Notes: generated by a model not told the origin, from the sequence alone. Positions 1 through 11,854 are shown, counted from the whole stretch's first letter. The stretch: DNA of 61,556 nt, filler included, from Asterionella formosa (GCA_002256025.1; 21 parts of 21 records of this genome joined end to end with filler, not necessarily neighbours in it); one strand, 5' to 3'. Translations and numbers: made by a program.

Positions 1-610
1 ACAAGTCTCGGTATTCTATATTTGTCTGACAATACTTTCAATGGCACACTTCCCACGGAGATTGGACTGTTGACAAGTCTCAATCATCTAGATTTGTCCA
101 TCAATACTTTCAATGGCACACTTCCCACAGAGATTAGACTCTTGACCAGTCTCAATATTTTAGATGCATTCAATGGATCAGTTACTCAAGATTTTTAATT
201 ACTGATGACATAATAGTGGTCCATATGTGTTATCCACAGAATGCTGCTAGGGTTAGATAAAATATGTAAGCAAGATTGGACTCTTGACAATTTTTACTGA
301 TCTATATTTTTTGAACAATACTTTCAATGGCACACTTCCCACAGAGATTGGACTATTGACAAGTCTAAATTATCTAGATGCATTCAATGGATCAGTCACT
401 CAAGATTTCTAATTACTGATGACATAATAGTGGTCCATATGTGTTATCCACAGAATGCTGCTAGGGTTCGATAAAATATGTAGGCAAGATTGGACTTTTG
501 ACAATTTTTACTGATCTGTATTTGTTGAACAATACTTTCACTGGCACACTTCCCACAGAGATTGGACTAATGACAATTTTTACTGATCTACCGGTATATT
601 TGTTGAATAC
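1..610 (+). pseudogene. Leucine-rich repeat gene fragment (24-aa/72-bp LRRs) whose 3' end is tandemly duplicated and decayed
   Basis: Frame 1 reads TSLGILYLSDNTFNGTLPTEIGLLTSLNHLDLSINTFNGTLPTEIRLLTSL...QDF* (stop at 196-198). A ~214-bp block (161-374) repeats at 375-590 with further LRR-like text containing frameshifts. 5' end is truncated. Confidence 0.8.
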
Positions 611-2294
611 TTTTTTCCTTTGGAGATGTAGCCCCTTGATGTTTTGGAACTAGAGTCTGAGGGTTCTGTCCTCTATGGCTATGGGTTTGTCTCCCCATGT
701 GATTTGAGACTCCATGTCTGGATTTCTTGTTGTTGCCTGTATCTTTGATTGTAACCTTTGGCTCGTTGTCTTGCGCTTTTCTGACTTTTGTTGTGAATTG
801 CTTTGTTATCTTTTGTGATGTGTTTTCTGGGTTGCTCAGTTGTGTTTTATCTGTGTGTGACCATGGGACCTGCCCTGACTGTGTGTGTTCTGCTACTTGG
901 ATGTCTTTGTGCTCCGGCTCCATGAACATAAACTGACACAATCCGAAACTGCCACCACTTCTTCAGCGATAATGGTGAGACCATCCTTGATTCCATTCCG
1001 AGGTAGTTTTATAACTAATTCTTTCGCTGTGTCAATTACATCATTCCACTGGATCAGCACCTTCTTCAGACCCACCAACATTTCAGTTTCAGAGTGAATT
1101 TCGGTTGGAGAAACGACGTCAATATCAATCACTTCAAGTTCTCGTCATCTGTCTGGTGGTCCTCCTCTTGTTTTAACTCATTTCACAGGTGATTGTGGTA
1201 ATGAAAAAATCTCGTATGGACTGTTTCAGGTAGTCATGCTGAGAGGTCACAGCTGATATTCTCCATTTAGGTAGAGGAGTAAGCACAATGAAGTCGTTAC
1301 ATATTTTGTACTGACAAAGAAAAACTATTTGGACGCACACTAAATGAATCTATTGACGGAAATACTTTCTGATACCTGCATACACATATGAAAGGTGATG
1401 CCAGCAGAATGGAGTAAAAATATATTTCGCTTTTTCATTCCATTTCTCATCAACAGCAACTTTTGGGACTAAATATTTTGCCAACTCTGGAAAACAGAAA
1501 TAATGCAGTGCACCATTACTCAAGTAAACGGCGTTTTTCCAACTCTGAAAAGGAGAAACTATGTAGTGCACCATTACTCAAGTACACTCATTTCTGTAGA
1601 ACTGCTGCTCTAAATCAACTTTGGAGGATTTTCAGAGCATTTCGAGCTAATGAAGCAATGAAATGTTTTGCTTAAGAAATGTAATATCCACCAGGAGGGA
1701 GCAAATGATCAGGATCCAATGTGGATTGCACATCCAACTGAGACGAGACATCACCATCCTTGGATGAACTTGTTTGGCAATACTCAATACTGTCCTCCTG
1801 TTGACTATGGTGCATGCAATCGCTCAATTTAGTTATAACAAGTAATATTTTTGATTATTGCAATGATTTTTTATGGCAGTTCATGTAATCTTTTCATATC
1901 CAATTTCTTAGTCTCTGTCGAGCCCCTTTTTTGCTGTCACACCTGTTTTCAATTGCACCACAATCAATTCCTTGTGCTGACGAAAAGTTGCTCACCTATA
2001 AATTAGCCCATGCATAGTCAGCTCTTTGTCATTACCCAACACCAGCCAAGACACTTACATGTATCCTATTTGCAACACTCACTTTGCCAGACACACCAAC
2101 ACTCTAGGATTTGCATCTTCCAGTTCTTCCTACATGTCTAGCTAGTCCTGTAATGTACCTACTCGATTGTGTCCACTATGCCATTGTATACTTTCTACTG
2201 GACTTTCTTACAATCAAGTAATCATCAGGTATGATCAAGACAACTGACCTAATTTAAAATAGTTGACTATACTAGCTGGCACTTATATTCTCAT

Positions 2295-2846
2295 TCATTT
2301 GTTACTCTTTGTAGCAATGTGTTTGAAAAATGCGGGTCGGACATGAACAAAGATCCCACCTCGATTTCCTTTGGTAATCCTAATATCCTGATCCAAATAA
2401 CAAAAGTCCAAGAACCCTCCTTTCTTCTTCAAGGGCAATGGAATACGAGGAAATCTCCAAAATTTCCATGATGCACCAACAATGTCACATGCAATTCGTC
2501 GAAGGATAATTTTATTACCAAACTTGTCAAAGTTATCTGCAATTGGAGTAAACTACCGTTATATAAATAATGGAAAAAGTCAGATTTGACCATTTAGATT
2601 TTGCATGGCGAGAGACAAGAGAGTTATTGTGTGGGGTTAGAATCCAAGTGATTTGCAATATAATCACACAAAAACCACGTACCTTGACTGTCGATCCCAA
2701 ATCCCCTTGTCCAAACAACAATTTCGCATTTCCTGTAAAGATTCCTTGGTGACAATCAAAATTACTGTACGTCAATTGCTCCATTTTGGCAATAATTTTT
2801 TGTAATTTGGGTGACGCTTTTCCTGAAACATTCATCACTGATATCC
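2295..2846 (-). CDS. PAP/fibrillin-family protein, 5'-partial, spliced (exons 2846-2683 and 2552-2295)
   Basis: Removing the GT-AG intron 2682-2553 joins ...DLGSTVK to FTPIADNFDK...GGFLDFCYLDQDIRITKGNRGGIFVHVRPAF..SNK*. YLDxDxRIxxGxRGxxFV is the fibrillin C-terminal signature. Confidence 0.72.
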
Positions 2847-2946
2847 NNNNNNNNNNNNNNNNNNNNNNNNNNNNNNNNNNNNNNNNNNNNTTAATTAATT
2901 AANNNNNNNNNNNNNNNNNNNNNNNNNNNNNNNNNNNNNNNNNNNN
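2847..2946. other. Artificial contig spacer (first of 20)
   Basis: N44-TTAATTAATTAA-N44 puts stops in all six frames. It recurs at 5790, 8729, 11668, 14607, 17546, 20485, 23423, 26361, 29298, 32234, 35169, 38104, 41038, 43971, 46904, 49835, 52766, 55697 and 58627. Contig lengths fall from 2846 to 2830. Confidence 0.98.
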
Positions 2947-3280
2947 TTGCTGCCATAATCACGGGGTTGATTGCAATGGAGTTTCTGTTTCGGTTGCGTT
3001 GTTTTATTGGACCAATGATCGAGACCCAAGCCTCGGAGAAAAGGGAACTCAGGCTGAATAATAGCAGCCTTAACAGCATGCTCCTTTCTGGTTCAATAGC
3101 CCTTGTAAGCAATATACAAACTTTTCTGAACAGAGACGAAATATGCACTAAATGCAAATAAACTACGAGTTGTTGTTGTCATCATCAGGAAGACAGAAAG
3201 GGCTTCTTCCTAACGGGTAATAGTATATAAACCGGTAGTATGTACCGCGGGAAAAACAATAGTACGTGTTCGCACATAGT

Positions 3281-3780
3281 TGAAACACTGAGATTCCTGA
3301 TTCCTAATCAGGTTATGAGAGTGTCAATATATTTTCGTCTCTAGTGACCTGATTAGGAACATGTACCACAATCCACTAGATGATTGATTCAAGATCACAT
3401 GGTTAAATATCGCGTGTAAAATGCCACAGTTGAGAGAGGAACTTTCAGGAGAAGTTCTCTCTAACCTGTTAATTGGACTCTAGAAGACGATCAGACCTAG
3501 AGGCCAAATCAATAAATGATTGACTAGACAATTACAGATATGTTCGCAACATCAAGGAACATTAAAGAAGCAAACTAGATATGATCTAGTTATGATTAAC
3601 AGGATCATTCTGTAAGCAGTCTTCGATCAAACAGCATCTGGCCTAAGTTGAGACAGGCCAAGATTAAGACAAAAGTGTAGGATGTAGTTTATTCTCAGTT
3701 CAAGTTGGGAACACAAATGAACCTCGCCTCCGAAGATCACCACTATTTTGAAACATGCAGCCATGAGCTTGGAAGTTTCA
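3281..3780. mobile_element. Candidate solo LTR or hairpin-rich 500-bp element
   Basis: Starts TGAAAC and ends GTTTCA (inverted TG..CA termini). Contains several internal hairpins and no ORF. No target-site duplication is visible. Confidence 0.35.
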
Positions 3781-4360
3781 AAATTATACATTCAAATTTA
3801 CATTTACATTAAGCTCACTCTTTTATAAAATCAATTATTAGCAAACAAGGTAAAACAAACAAATTGTGTAGAAACATTTTTCTAGCAATTTTTACTGCGT
3901 GAGAGCTACAGATACGTAGCATCTACCAACTCACATAAACATTATGAGGATATAAAGAATTGATATTTTGTAGTAAAGGATAAGGAAATCACTATATGAA
4001 CAGCTGGAGTTTCAAATCACGACGAACCCAATTGTCGCCAGACACAGAGAAAAGCGTTTACCAGCCATTTATGTCAAATTCTACTAATGTGTGCTCTATA
4101 AATCAATTTCATATCCTGTTGGTTTTACTGCTGGTAGCAGTTGGCTGTCTGCTGAAAATTCATAGATTGCTTCAACATAAGATTGTCAATCAAATCTTAT
4201 TGTACATTAAAGCTATCCAATAATTGCACTTGTGCACAAATAAATGGACACAATTAGCACTGGTTTATTTGTCCATATGGTACCTGGTGCAATGGGACCT
4301 ATCTCCTTGTCACCCACGCACCCTGGAACCCTAGTAGGGACTAGATAAAAGAACGACAGA

Positions 4361-4423
4361 TGGAGAATGCAGGAATCGAACCCGCCACCTCATGAGGTGT
4401 GCTAACCACTAAGCCATTCCCCC
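4361..4423 (-). ncRNA. tRNA-derived Pol III head (SINE-like element or tRNA pseudogene)
   Basis: Minus strand reads GGGGGAATGGCTTAGTGGTTAGCACACCTCATGAGGTGGCGGGTTCGATTCCTGCATTCTCCA. A box, B box, T arm and acceptor pairing are present; the anticodon/variable region is too short for a tRNA. Confidence 0.65.
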
Positions 4424-5238
4424 ATAGATTGCTTGACCATACATAAATATGTATTGGTCATAGTACATACTGCCACCATAGACTACCGTGCCTGTTTGCT
4501 ATTGAATGACTTAACTGGATGTACGTTGTAATATTTCTATGCTACTTTCCTTCATTCAAGCTGTTAACCAAGGTGTGGTCAAAAGAGTGTCCAGGTTTGC
4601 TGTAGCATCAATCTTTAAGTGTTCAATGTGTGCAAAGCATTTTCTCATTAATTCTTGGTTTCTGTGGCGGTTCAATGATATATCTCCCCTTTCCACTTAT
4701 CAGCTGCCATGTTGCATAACTCCCCTATCTGTAAAAGTGTTCCTGTGATAAGTGATCATGAAGAATATGGAAGCTGTCCAAGATCACAATCCCCCCTACT
4801 AAGCAACAACATACAGAGGTGGTGAGACTGACAAAAATATATGTTGTTGATGCTTGAGCGATAGGAAATGGCATGGCTGGGTAGGAGCAATGGAAGGTGC
4901 TGGTATAGGGGGAGACTATTTTTGTTATCATGTGTAGAACAGTAAAGGGAAAAGAGAGCAGAGAGGAGGGCCAATCAAGAAATAGAAAGCAACTATGAAA
5001 ATTGCATGGCCATTTTGGGAGAATTGTTTGAAATGTGTATCCAGGAATTGAAGAATCAAATAGTATGAGGAGTGTAGCCTTAGGGAGACATGAGAAGAGA
5101 GCAAGGGAGAAGGGTCTTGGGAGACACACAGAAAGTATCTTTGGCAAACCTTTATGGCCGTTTCGGTTAATTTGAATTGGGAAGCCTGGCAGTGTTTGAT
5201 CGCCAGTGTGAAATGTTGTAGGTATTAGCAGAACAAGG

Positions 5239-5354
5239 TTGGAGCACACCTGGTGGAATCCAGAGGCCAGAGAGCATAAAGGGTAAGTCCAAGAACAAGC
5301 AAGCTTGGAGCACACCTGGTGGAATCCAGAGGCCGGAGAGCATAAAGGGTAAGT
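5239..5354. repeat. Tandem duplication, period ~66 bp
   Basis: ttggagcacacctggtggaatccagaggcc(a/g)gagagcataaagggtaagt occurs twice. Confidence 0.85.
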
Positions 5355-7104
5355 TGAGGTAGGATCAGTATAGCTATGTTGGTGGAGAGGATAAACAAGA
5401 AATTGCGCAGGGATGGAGGGAGCAGGGGTCATAGCAGCTGGAACGAGCACTTTGTCTTGTTTTTCATGGAAGCAACAGAGAGAACCGTAGGTGTGTAGTA
5501 GAGGATGAGGAAAGGAGGCGGGCTGGTGCTGGAAGGATTCCATGCCTAGTAATATAGTAAGCATGGAATAAATGTCCTGTGCCAACAGACATGTCAAGCC
5601 TTGATTTCTTGGTGGCACATTAAGGTACTTTCTTTTGTGGAGTGTCAATAGGGGCGAAGCAGTAATTGCTGTCCATAGGAGGGTTGCTTGGAGGGGCAGC
5701 AGCGCATGCTGCCTTGTCCGAAGACACCATGGTGGGGGCAGAAAATTCAGCAGCAGCAGCACACTTGCACTGGCTCTAGTGGAGGGTGTNNNNNNNNNNN
5801 NNNNNNNNNNNNNNNNNNNNNNNNNNNNNNNNNTTAATTAATTAANNNNNNNNNNNNNNNNNNNNNNNNNNNNNNNNNNNNNNNNNNNNATAGTGAATCG
5901 CCAGACAGGTTGCGAATCACCATCGCTCAGCCACCCGGCACGACATGGAGTAAAAATAAAGTGTATGTACATGTATGTGTAAAAGGTAATATTGGTGAAA
6001 AGCACGTATGTATGGATAGGAACCTGGTACCATACTGCTATGACATATATTTTTGCCATCAACGTTTTGTGTTCGATAGTATCATCTTCTTGTTTATTTT
6101 ATTTAAACTCGAATATCTGGCAATATATTGAAAAAATATATATATTTATGCTATGTATGTGGTTTATCCTCTCCCCACATGGGTGGGGAGGAAATATGCC
6201 CGTACGTGCGAATCCCTGCATGATTCCGGTATTATGTTCACTTTACCTGGCTTCCTTCCCATCATCGTCAGCTTTGCTCGCTGATTGTCACAGGTAGCTG
6301 CTATACCTGCAACCATACATACGCTCTCGAATAGAGTGGTTGCAGGTCCCTCATGGGGATGCTCGAGTACGCGACAAGGCCTAGGCTTCGAACAGCAACA
6401 AAATTTGTGTCCTGTTCCCTGGAAGTTGCGGTAATTGTGCTGAACTAAAGGTTTAGCTTTCTTTATCCCATATTAAATTGTTTATTTAAGCTAAATGACC
6501 CAACTTGCTGGTGGTGGCAAGAAAAAAGGGGGGTCAGGCATCTGCATTTCGCTCGAGATGCAAAAAAGTTGTTCAAGTCGAAAAAGCCGAAAAACGTTTT
6601 TTCAAATGCATTCTTATTACCAATATTTGCAACGGTATTACATACATGGATCTTCAGCTAAGAGCACGCCGCTCCATAGGGCGATTGACCCAGCGAAAGT
6701 TGTTGTACCGGGTATGTACCGGTACCAGTCAAAATGGCCCCAGAGAATAAATTTGAATTATCGACGCAACTACCGGTACTGGTCGCAGCTAAGAGGTAAA
6801 ATTGGACGGAGGGAGTACAAACCACCCCTATGCATCATTTGGTATACTGTTTTCTTAGTATTACCAAGAACCCGAAGTACCTGTGCAAGTTGCAGTAAAT
6901 GAGAACCGGTAAGAATACGGTGGGATGTTTTACTGTCTTTTGAGAGTAAAACTTCCTCTGGCTGGTAGCAATATAAAATCAAATGTACTATTGCATTACT
7001 TGATACCACGGTACCAGGTAACACGACTGAAATAGTCATGCCCTTCGTGTTGTCATGATGGGATCATAGCATGGAATTGACGCCTTGAGTCAGCACACGA
7101 TATT

Positions 7105-7378
7105 GCTGAAGGCAATACACACCCGCGGTGGTCTCTTGCCTGCGAGTATACATGTGTTCGAGGCTGGGTGGCGCGAATAGGTTGAAAGTACGAGTGGCGC
7201 CCCCCACCCTGCAAGAAGGTCACCCTACGAGTGCCATCCCAGTTGAGTACACATGTATACAAGAAGGCAAGTAGCCGCCGAGAAGGGTATTGTTGAGGCA
7301 ATTCCCCCTCTAGCTATCGTCACGTCATTCGCTTACCTACTGCCCACAAATTTAGCATAAATGTCAATTTTAGCCTAC
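7105..7378. repeat. Dispersed ~275-bp element with a long imperfect hairpin, copy 1
   Basis: Closely similar copy at 42358-42636. Differences are mostly transitions. Confidence 0.9.
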
Positions 7379-8828
7379 TATTGCCCATTAGATAAAATAT
7401 ATTTTGTTTATTTCCTATCTTCACCTTGAAAATTGCCAAAGGTCCGATATTGCCCATCATTATAATATATTTTGAATATTTCATATCTTTGCATTTTGGC
7501 AAGACAACAGATGCCAATTGCCCCTCAGTTTTCCAGCCCTGGGATTGCCAAAATCGGCAAGGGGTCTACTTAAGGAAACCATTTTATATACTATACAGAT
7601 TTGAATAATTTATTTTTAGAATTCACCTCGTTTTTGTTCATCTCCTGAAAAGTGGACTCCGGCAATTCACCTTTCACCATGCCAATTGTCGTCCATCATG
7701 ACCGGTTTGAAGCGAAATCAGTTCCGCGATGACGCCAGTAGCGATTCTTTGCCTAACGGATGCGGTTGATTGTTGGATTGCTTGTCTTCTCGAGGCATTC
7801 ATGTAGTCGCATCGTCCATATTTCGTCGGATGAACGATGATATTGATACATCTGATGTTGGTGGAAAGTTTTTGCTCCGGTCATGTATGTAATGATGCTT
7901 AACGGATATTCTACCAGTACCGGCAGTTGGCAGTCATCTAGTCTACATACGTACGTGGTACTAAAAACAACCATGCATGGTTTAAGCTATGCTTTAATGC
8001 TTACTTTGAACACGTTGTAATATTATCTCTGTAGATTCGGTATTTTTTTTACAAGACCTGAAATGTTGAATTATATCATTCTCATATTCATTGATTTTAA
8101 GTACAGTATGCCCTATTTCGTCCTCACAAATATAGTTCTCACTCTATCTTACCTGCCTTTGCTCTATTCGGGCTTGCAATAGGCAACGTTCGTCTTTCTT
8201 TGATCCCATCATCTGCTGCTTGTTATGCTAGTTAAAGCAGATGAGTGAGTACAACAGTGAAACACTGAATGTGGATTGTAGATCGTATTTATTGACTTTC
8301 TGATTTGATTGGTTCCATGGTTTGTTTTGATTGCTTCCATCATTGTTTGTTGTTCCGCACTATCGTTTTGTTTCGATTGTATATATCTACATAAGAACCA
8401 ATGCATTTATCAATGACTACTCGTTGAAGATGTGGTATTGTGCCATTGTTGATCGTATTTGTTGATTTGTGTAGTCGGTGACAATGATGTCAATATTGCC
8501 GCCAAGCAATGCTTTTCTGGTACCAGTACCCACACAAAAGTAGACTCGAACATGAATACCGTATACTTCATTGTCCTTGACCCCCCCTATGGTTGCTGGA
8601 CCCCCCCTGTACATTTTTCTCGAGGTGGAACCAAACACCCAATAATTTTCTTGTCATAGACAAAGTAACGTGCCATAATTCTTTTTCTCCTCGTAGGCAC
8701 TAGTATGTAATAATTTAGCTACCATTTTNNNNNNNNNNNNNNNNNNNNNNNNNNNNNNNNNNNNNNNNNNNNTTAATTAATTAANNNNNNNNNNNNNNNN
8801 NNNNNNNNNNNNNNNNNNNNNNNNNNNN

Positions 8829-9100
8829 GAGGTCCAGATCTTTTAGGCGTTGGTCTTCGGTGAGGGGCTTTAGTGGGAAGGCGACACCCATCGTGAGTAA
8901 GGTGACCAGTCGTGGCCAGAGTGGATGGTAGGATAGTATTGGTTGTAATAGGTGCACCTCGTGGAATTCAGAGCCAAAACAGGTGGGCGAGTGAGCTTGG
9001 CTGGCAATCGCTCGATGGATATTGAGGTCGAATTTTTCCAAGGTTTCCCAATTTTTCCTAGCATCCTCGATACTCCAGCCAGTCGAAACAGAACGAGGGT
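8829..9100 (-). pseudogene. Fragment upstream of the RT of a DIRS/Ngaro-like retroelement
   Basis: SPTCFGSEFHEVHLLQPILSYHPLWPRLVTLLTMGVAFPLKPLTEDQRLKDL resembles the GSEF..HP.W....L..G..(Y/F)PL region preceding RT in stramenopile YR retroelements. Recognised from memory; truncated by the contig end. Confidence 0.45.
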
Positions 9101-9119
9101 GGGTCTTGCATAGATGGTG

Positions 9120-10530
9120 ATATACATAATTCAAATATATACAATGCATGATAAGTTCATAGTTTTCCACAACCTCTCCCTGTTGAGTTTTTTCAATTTT
9201 TTATGTCAATTCTTGTACCTAAAAGTCAGTGGCTGATTTAATTAAGCCCCTTACTAATAAACGGGAGTCATCACCAATTTTTCAAATGGTCGAAATCATA
9301 CATTTATGTATACATACATATTGACCAAAATTCATATGGCCTACCGGTAGTACTGTATAATTGCTGGTAATTACTTCTATCATGGAAATACCACAATAGT
9401 GCAGCGGAAAACTGAATATGCTCATGTGTTTAGGATCATTTGATCATATTTTTAAGATCAATTAATCCTGATTCTTGAAAATAAATGTTGATTGTTCATT
9501 TTCTCATCAACGACACCGTTCATCATATGATCAATATGTTATGATCAAAGTTATAGGATAAACGAATCAAAATTGATTGATTAAAGATCATACTAGTTTA
9601 TTATACCGGAGTAGTTGCTCATGCATGCAACCCCTTCCCCCCTGTATACAGTATGGAAGTGATAACCCCCAAGCTACCAAATTTTTATGTCTTGTAAGAA
9701 TTATCGCAGCATGCATGCATACATGGTGACTCCTACTGGTATATACAATGCGGAAATGATGACCACCAGACTACCAATCCTATAGGTCCTGTAGAATTAT
9801 CGCAACATGAATGAAATGGTGGGAGGAGTCTTCCATGCACCTGTATAGTATGAAATATGGAAATGATCAAATATAGTTAGTCTACACAAGGAGCAGTGCA
9901 CCATATATGCCCTGCTGTTGTTATTTTAATTCCTATGAAATCTCTTGATCTGTTCTGCGCTTTTTCGCCACAATTGTTTTCATTGGCTGTTTCACTGGAC
10001 AGCATTCGAATTGATTATGCTTTGAACGAAGCAATGATCAAAGTCCACCCCATTGCAGAATGGTGAGTCTCACAAATAAGTATCAGCCAGTCGATTAAAT
10101 TTGGACTGTCTTTTGAGCACCCTCATTGTGTTTGTACTTGACTTGGCAGCTGTCAGCCAAGAGCAGCCATGGCATGCCACCATTTATTGTCTATACAAGT
10201 TTCGAATGCATTCAGCTATGAAATCTTTTGCTCCCCCCTCCTAAACACTATCTCACCACGCAACCTTGTCATAGATTTTTCTTTATCCTTTGGCTTCACA
10301 AGCACAGGTTACTCAATGCCTTCATCTGCAAGGAGTTCAGCCAAGCAGGTCCATGTTGGCGTCAAGAAAGCCTCAACCCCAATTTTCCTCACATGCTCCA
10401 CCCATTGACTTCCTCATTGATGAAGTCGAGGTAGCTATATTGACGACATCAGGTGGCACAGGCTTGTGTATAGATTGATGATGCTGAAAGCAATGCTTCC
10501 TTTTCCTGTAGGTACCTATTTCTTGTCAAC
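9120..10530. repeat. Long AT-rich dispersed repeat, family B (internal part)
   Basis: Colinear with 28056-29297. This copy has ~170 bp extra near 9930-10105. Confidence 0.9.
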
Positions 10531-11529
10531 ATTGTTTGGGTCAATCTATTCTTGTTCCCGCAAGACCAGAAGCAATTATCCCTTTACTTCTCCTCCCAAG
10601 AACCTTCATTCCTCTTTCACAATTGTCCTGATGATGTTTGCAGAGCATTTTTAGTTCCCTTTTGATTTTTCCACTGGTTTCGATCCCTTTTGCATTCAAG
10701 TCAAGAAACAAGCTCGGTCAGTGGCACCATAAAGCAACAATCAACAGATCATGGCGGCTGTTCTACATTTTCTGTAGCAAGTGACATTCAAAAAGGGTCT
10801 GGGATCATTGGGGAGAAAAATTAGTAGGATTCTCTGTGTTTGCCCCTGCCCGTTTGGCAGCCATTCTACCGTTGCTTCCTCTCAATCAATACTAGTATAG
10901 CTAATGAAAACCGTAATTAGATGAAATGTGACTTCCGGTTTCTAATATTTTACATTGTTGCATACCTGAAACTTGAATCCATAAATGGGCATTCAACTTG
11001 TGCTTGCTTGTTGCATTTTGCAGTATAGACTGGCTGGTGTGCGAAAGGCCAAGCAAAGTGTCTCGCTTTTCATGAACATCTACAAGGTACTAGTGCTTTT
11101 GTCGAGGTTTGTGTCTAATACCAACTGCTGCCATCCATTGAAATATTCCAGATACATCAAAGAAAATGCTCCTGTCTTTAAAGGTAAGGATTTAGAACGA
11201 TGACAAAGAAAATCTAATGAGACATGAAAATTACAAAACCAGAATCACTCTGTTACTATAAATAGACAGTCTCATGCTTCTTTGTGCATATCGCCTGCTA
11301 TGCTGCGTTTCAATTCTAGATGTATTACATTCTTGATAGAGAGATGATGATACGGAGAAGTAGATTGTGCTGTTCTATAATGGATGTTGTTTAGCTATGA
11401 TTGAGGTTGTAACACTGATTGATGCTCTGAAGACAGACCGGCCGGAAATATTCGTCTTGTGTGATGAGCCATTTCGTTTTCATTGGATTTCTTTTCAAGC
11501 AAGCTCTTAACGGATTGCATACAAACATA

Positions 11530-11667
11530 CATCTAAGCCGCGAAATACGCCACTTTTCGAAATTTCGTCTATGTATGAGTGTTAATTATGTGGTACTTCA
11601 CATGCATTAATGCCACTCTTCACGTAAAAAAGATTACTTTTAACGGTTTCATGTGAAGTTTTAACTG
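11530..11667. mobile_element. TA-flanked DNA transposon family A, end type 1
   Basis: Terminus TA|CATCTAAGCCGCGAAATACGCC. Reverse-complement copy at 17720-17856. Confidence 0.75.
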
Positions 11668-11767
11668 NNNNNNNNNNNNNNNNNNNNNNNNNNNNNNNNN
11701 NNNNNNNNNNNTTAATTAATTAANNNNNNNNNNNNNNNNNNNNNNNNNNNNNNNNNNNNNNNNNNNN

Positions 11768-11854
11768 CTACAAGATCCACCACCTTGGATCCCTACAAGA
11801 TCCACCACCTTGGATCCCTACAAGATCCACCACCCTAAATCCCTACAAGATTCA
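11768..11854. repeat. 25-bp minisatellite, ~3.5 copies
   Basis: Unit ctacaagatccaccaccttggatcc at the contig start. Confidence 0.9.

Noticed and set aside
4361..4423. Functional tRNA-Met(CAT)
   Set aside because: Only ~63 nt, with no proper 5-bp anticodon stem, 7-nt loop or variable region.
4725..5762. 345-aa minus-strand ORF as a gene
   Set aside because: No recognisable domain, composition typical of the antisense of purine-rich DNA, and it spans a tandem duplication.
6240..6430. U1 snRNA
   Set aside because: TTACCTGG and an Sm-like site are present but too far apart, and the loop I and loop II consensus sequences are missing.
7105..7378. SRP (7SL) RNA
   Set aside because: The rod shape is suggestive, but neither strand shows the helix-8 motif (CAGG-GNRA-AGCA).
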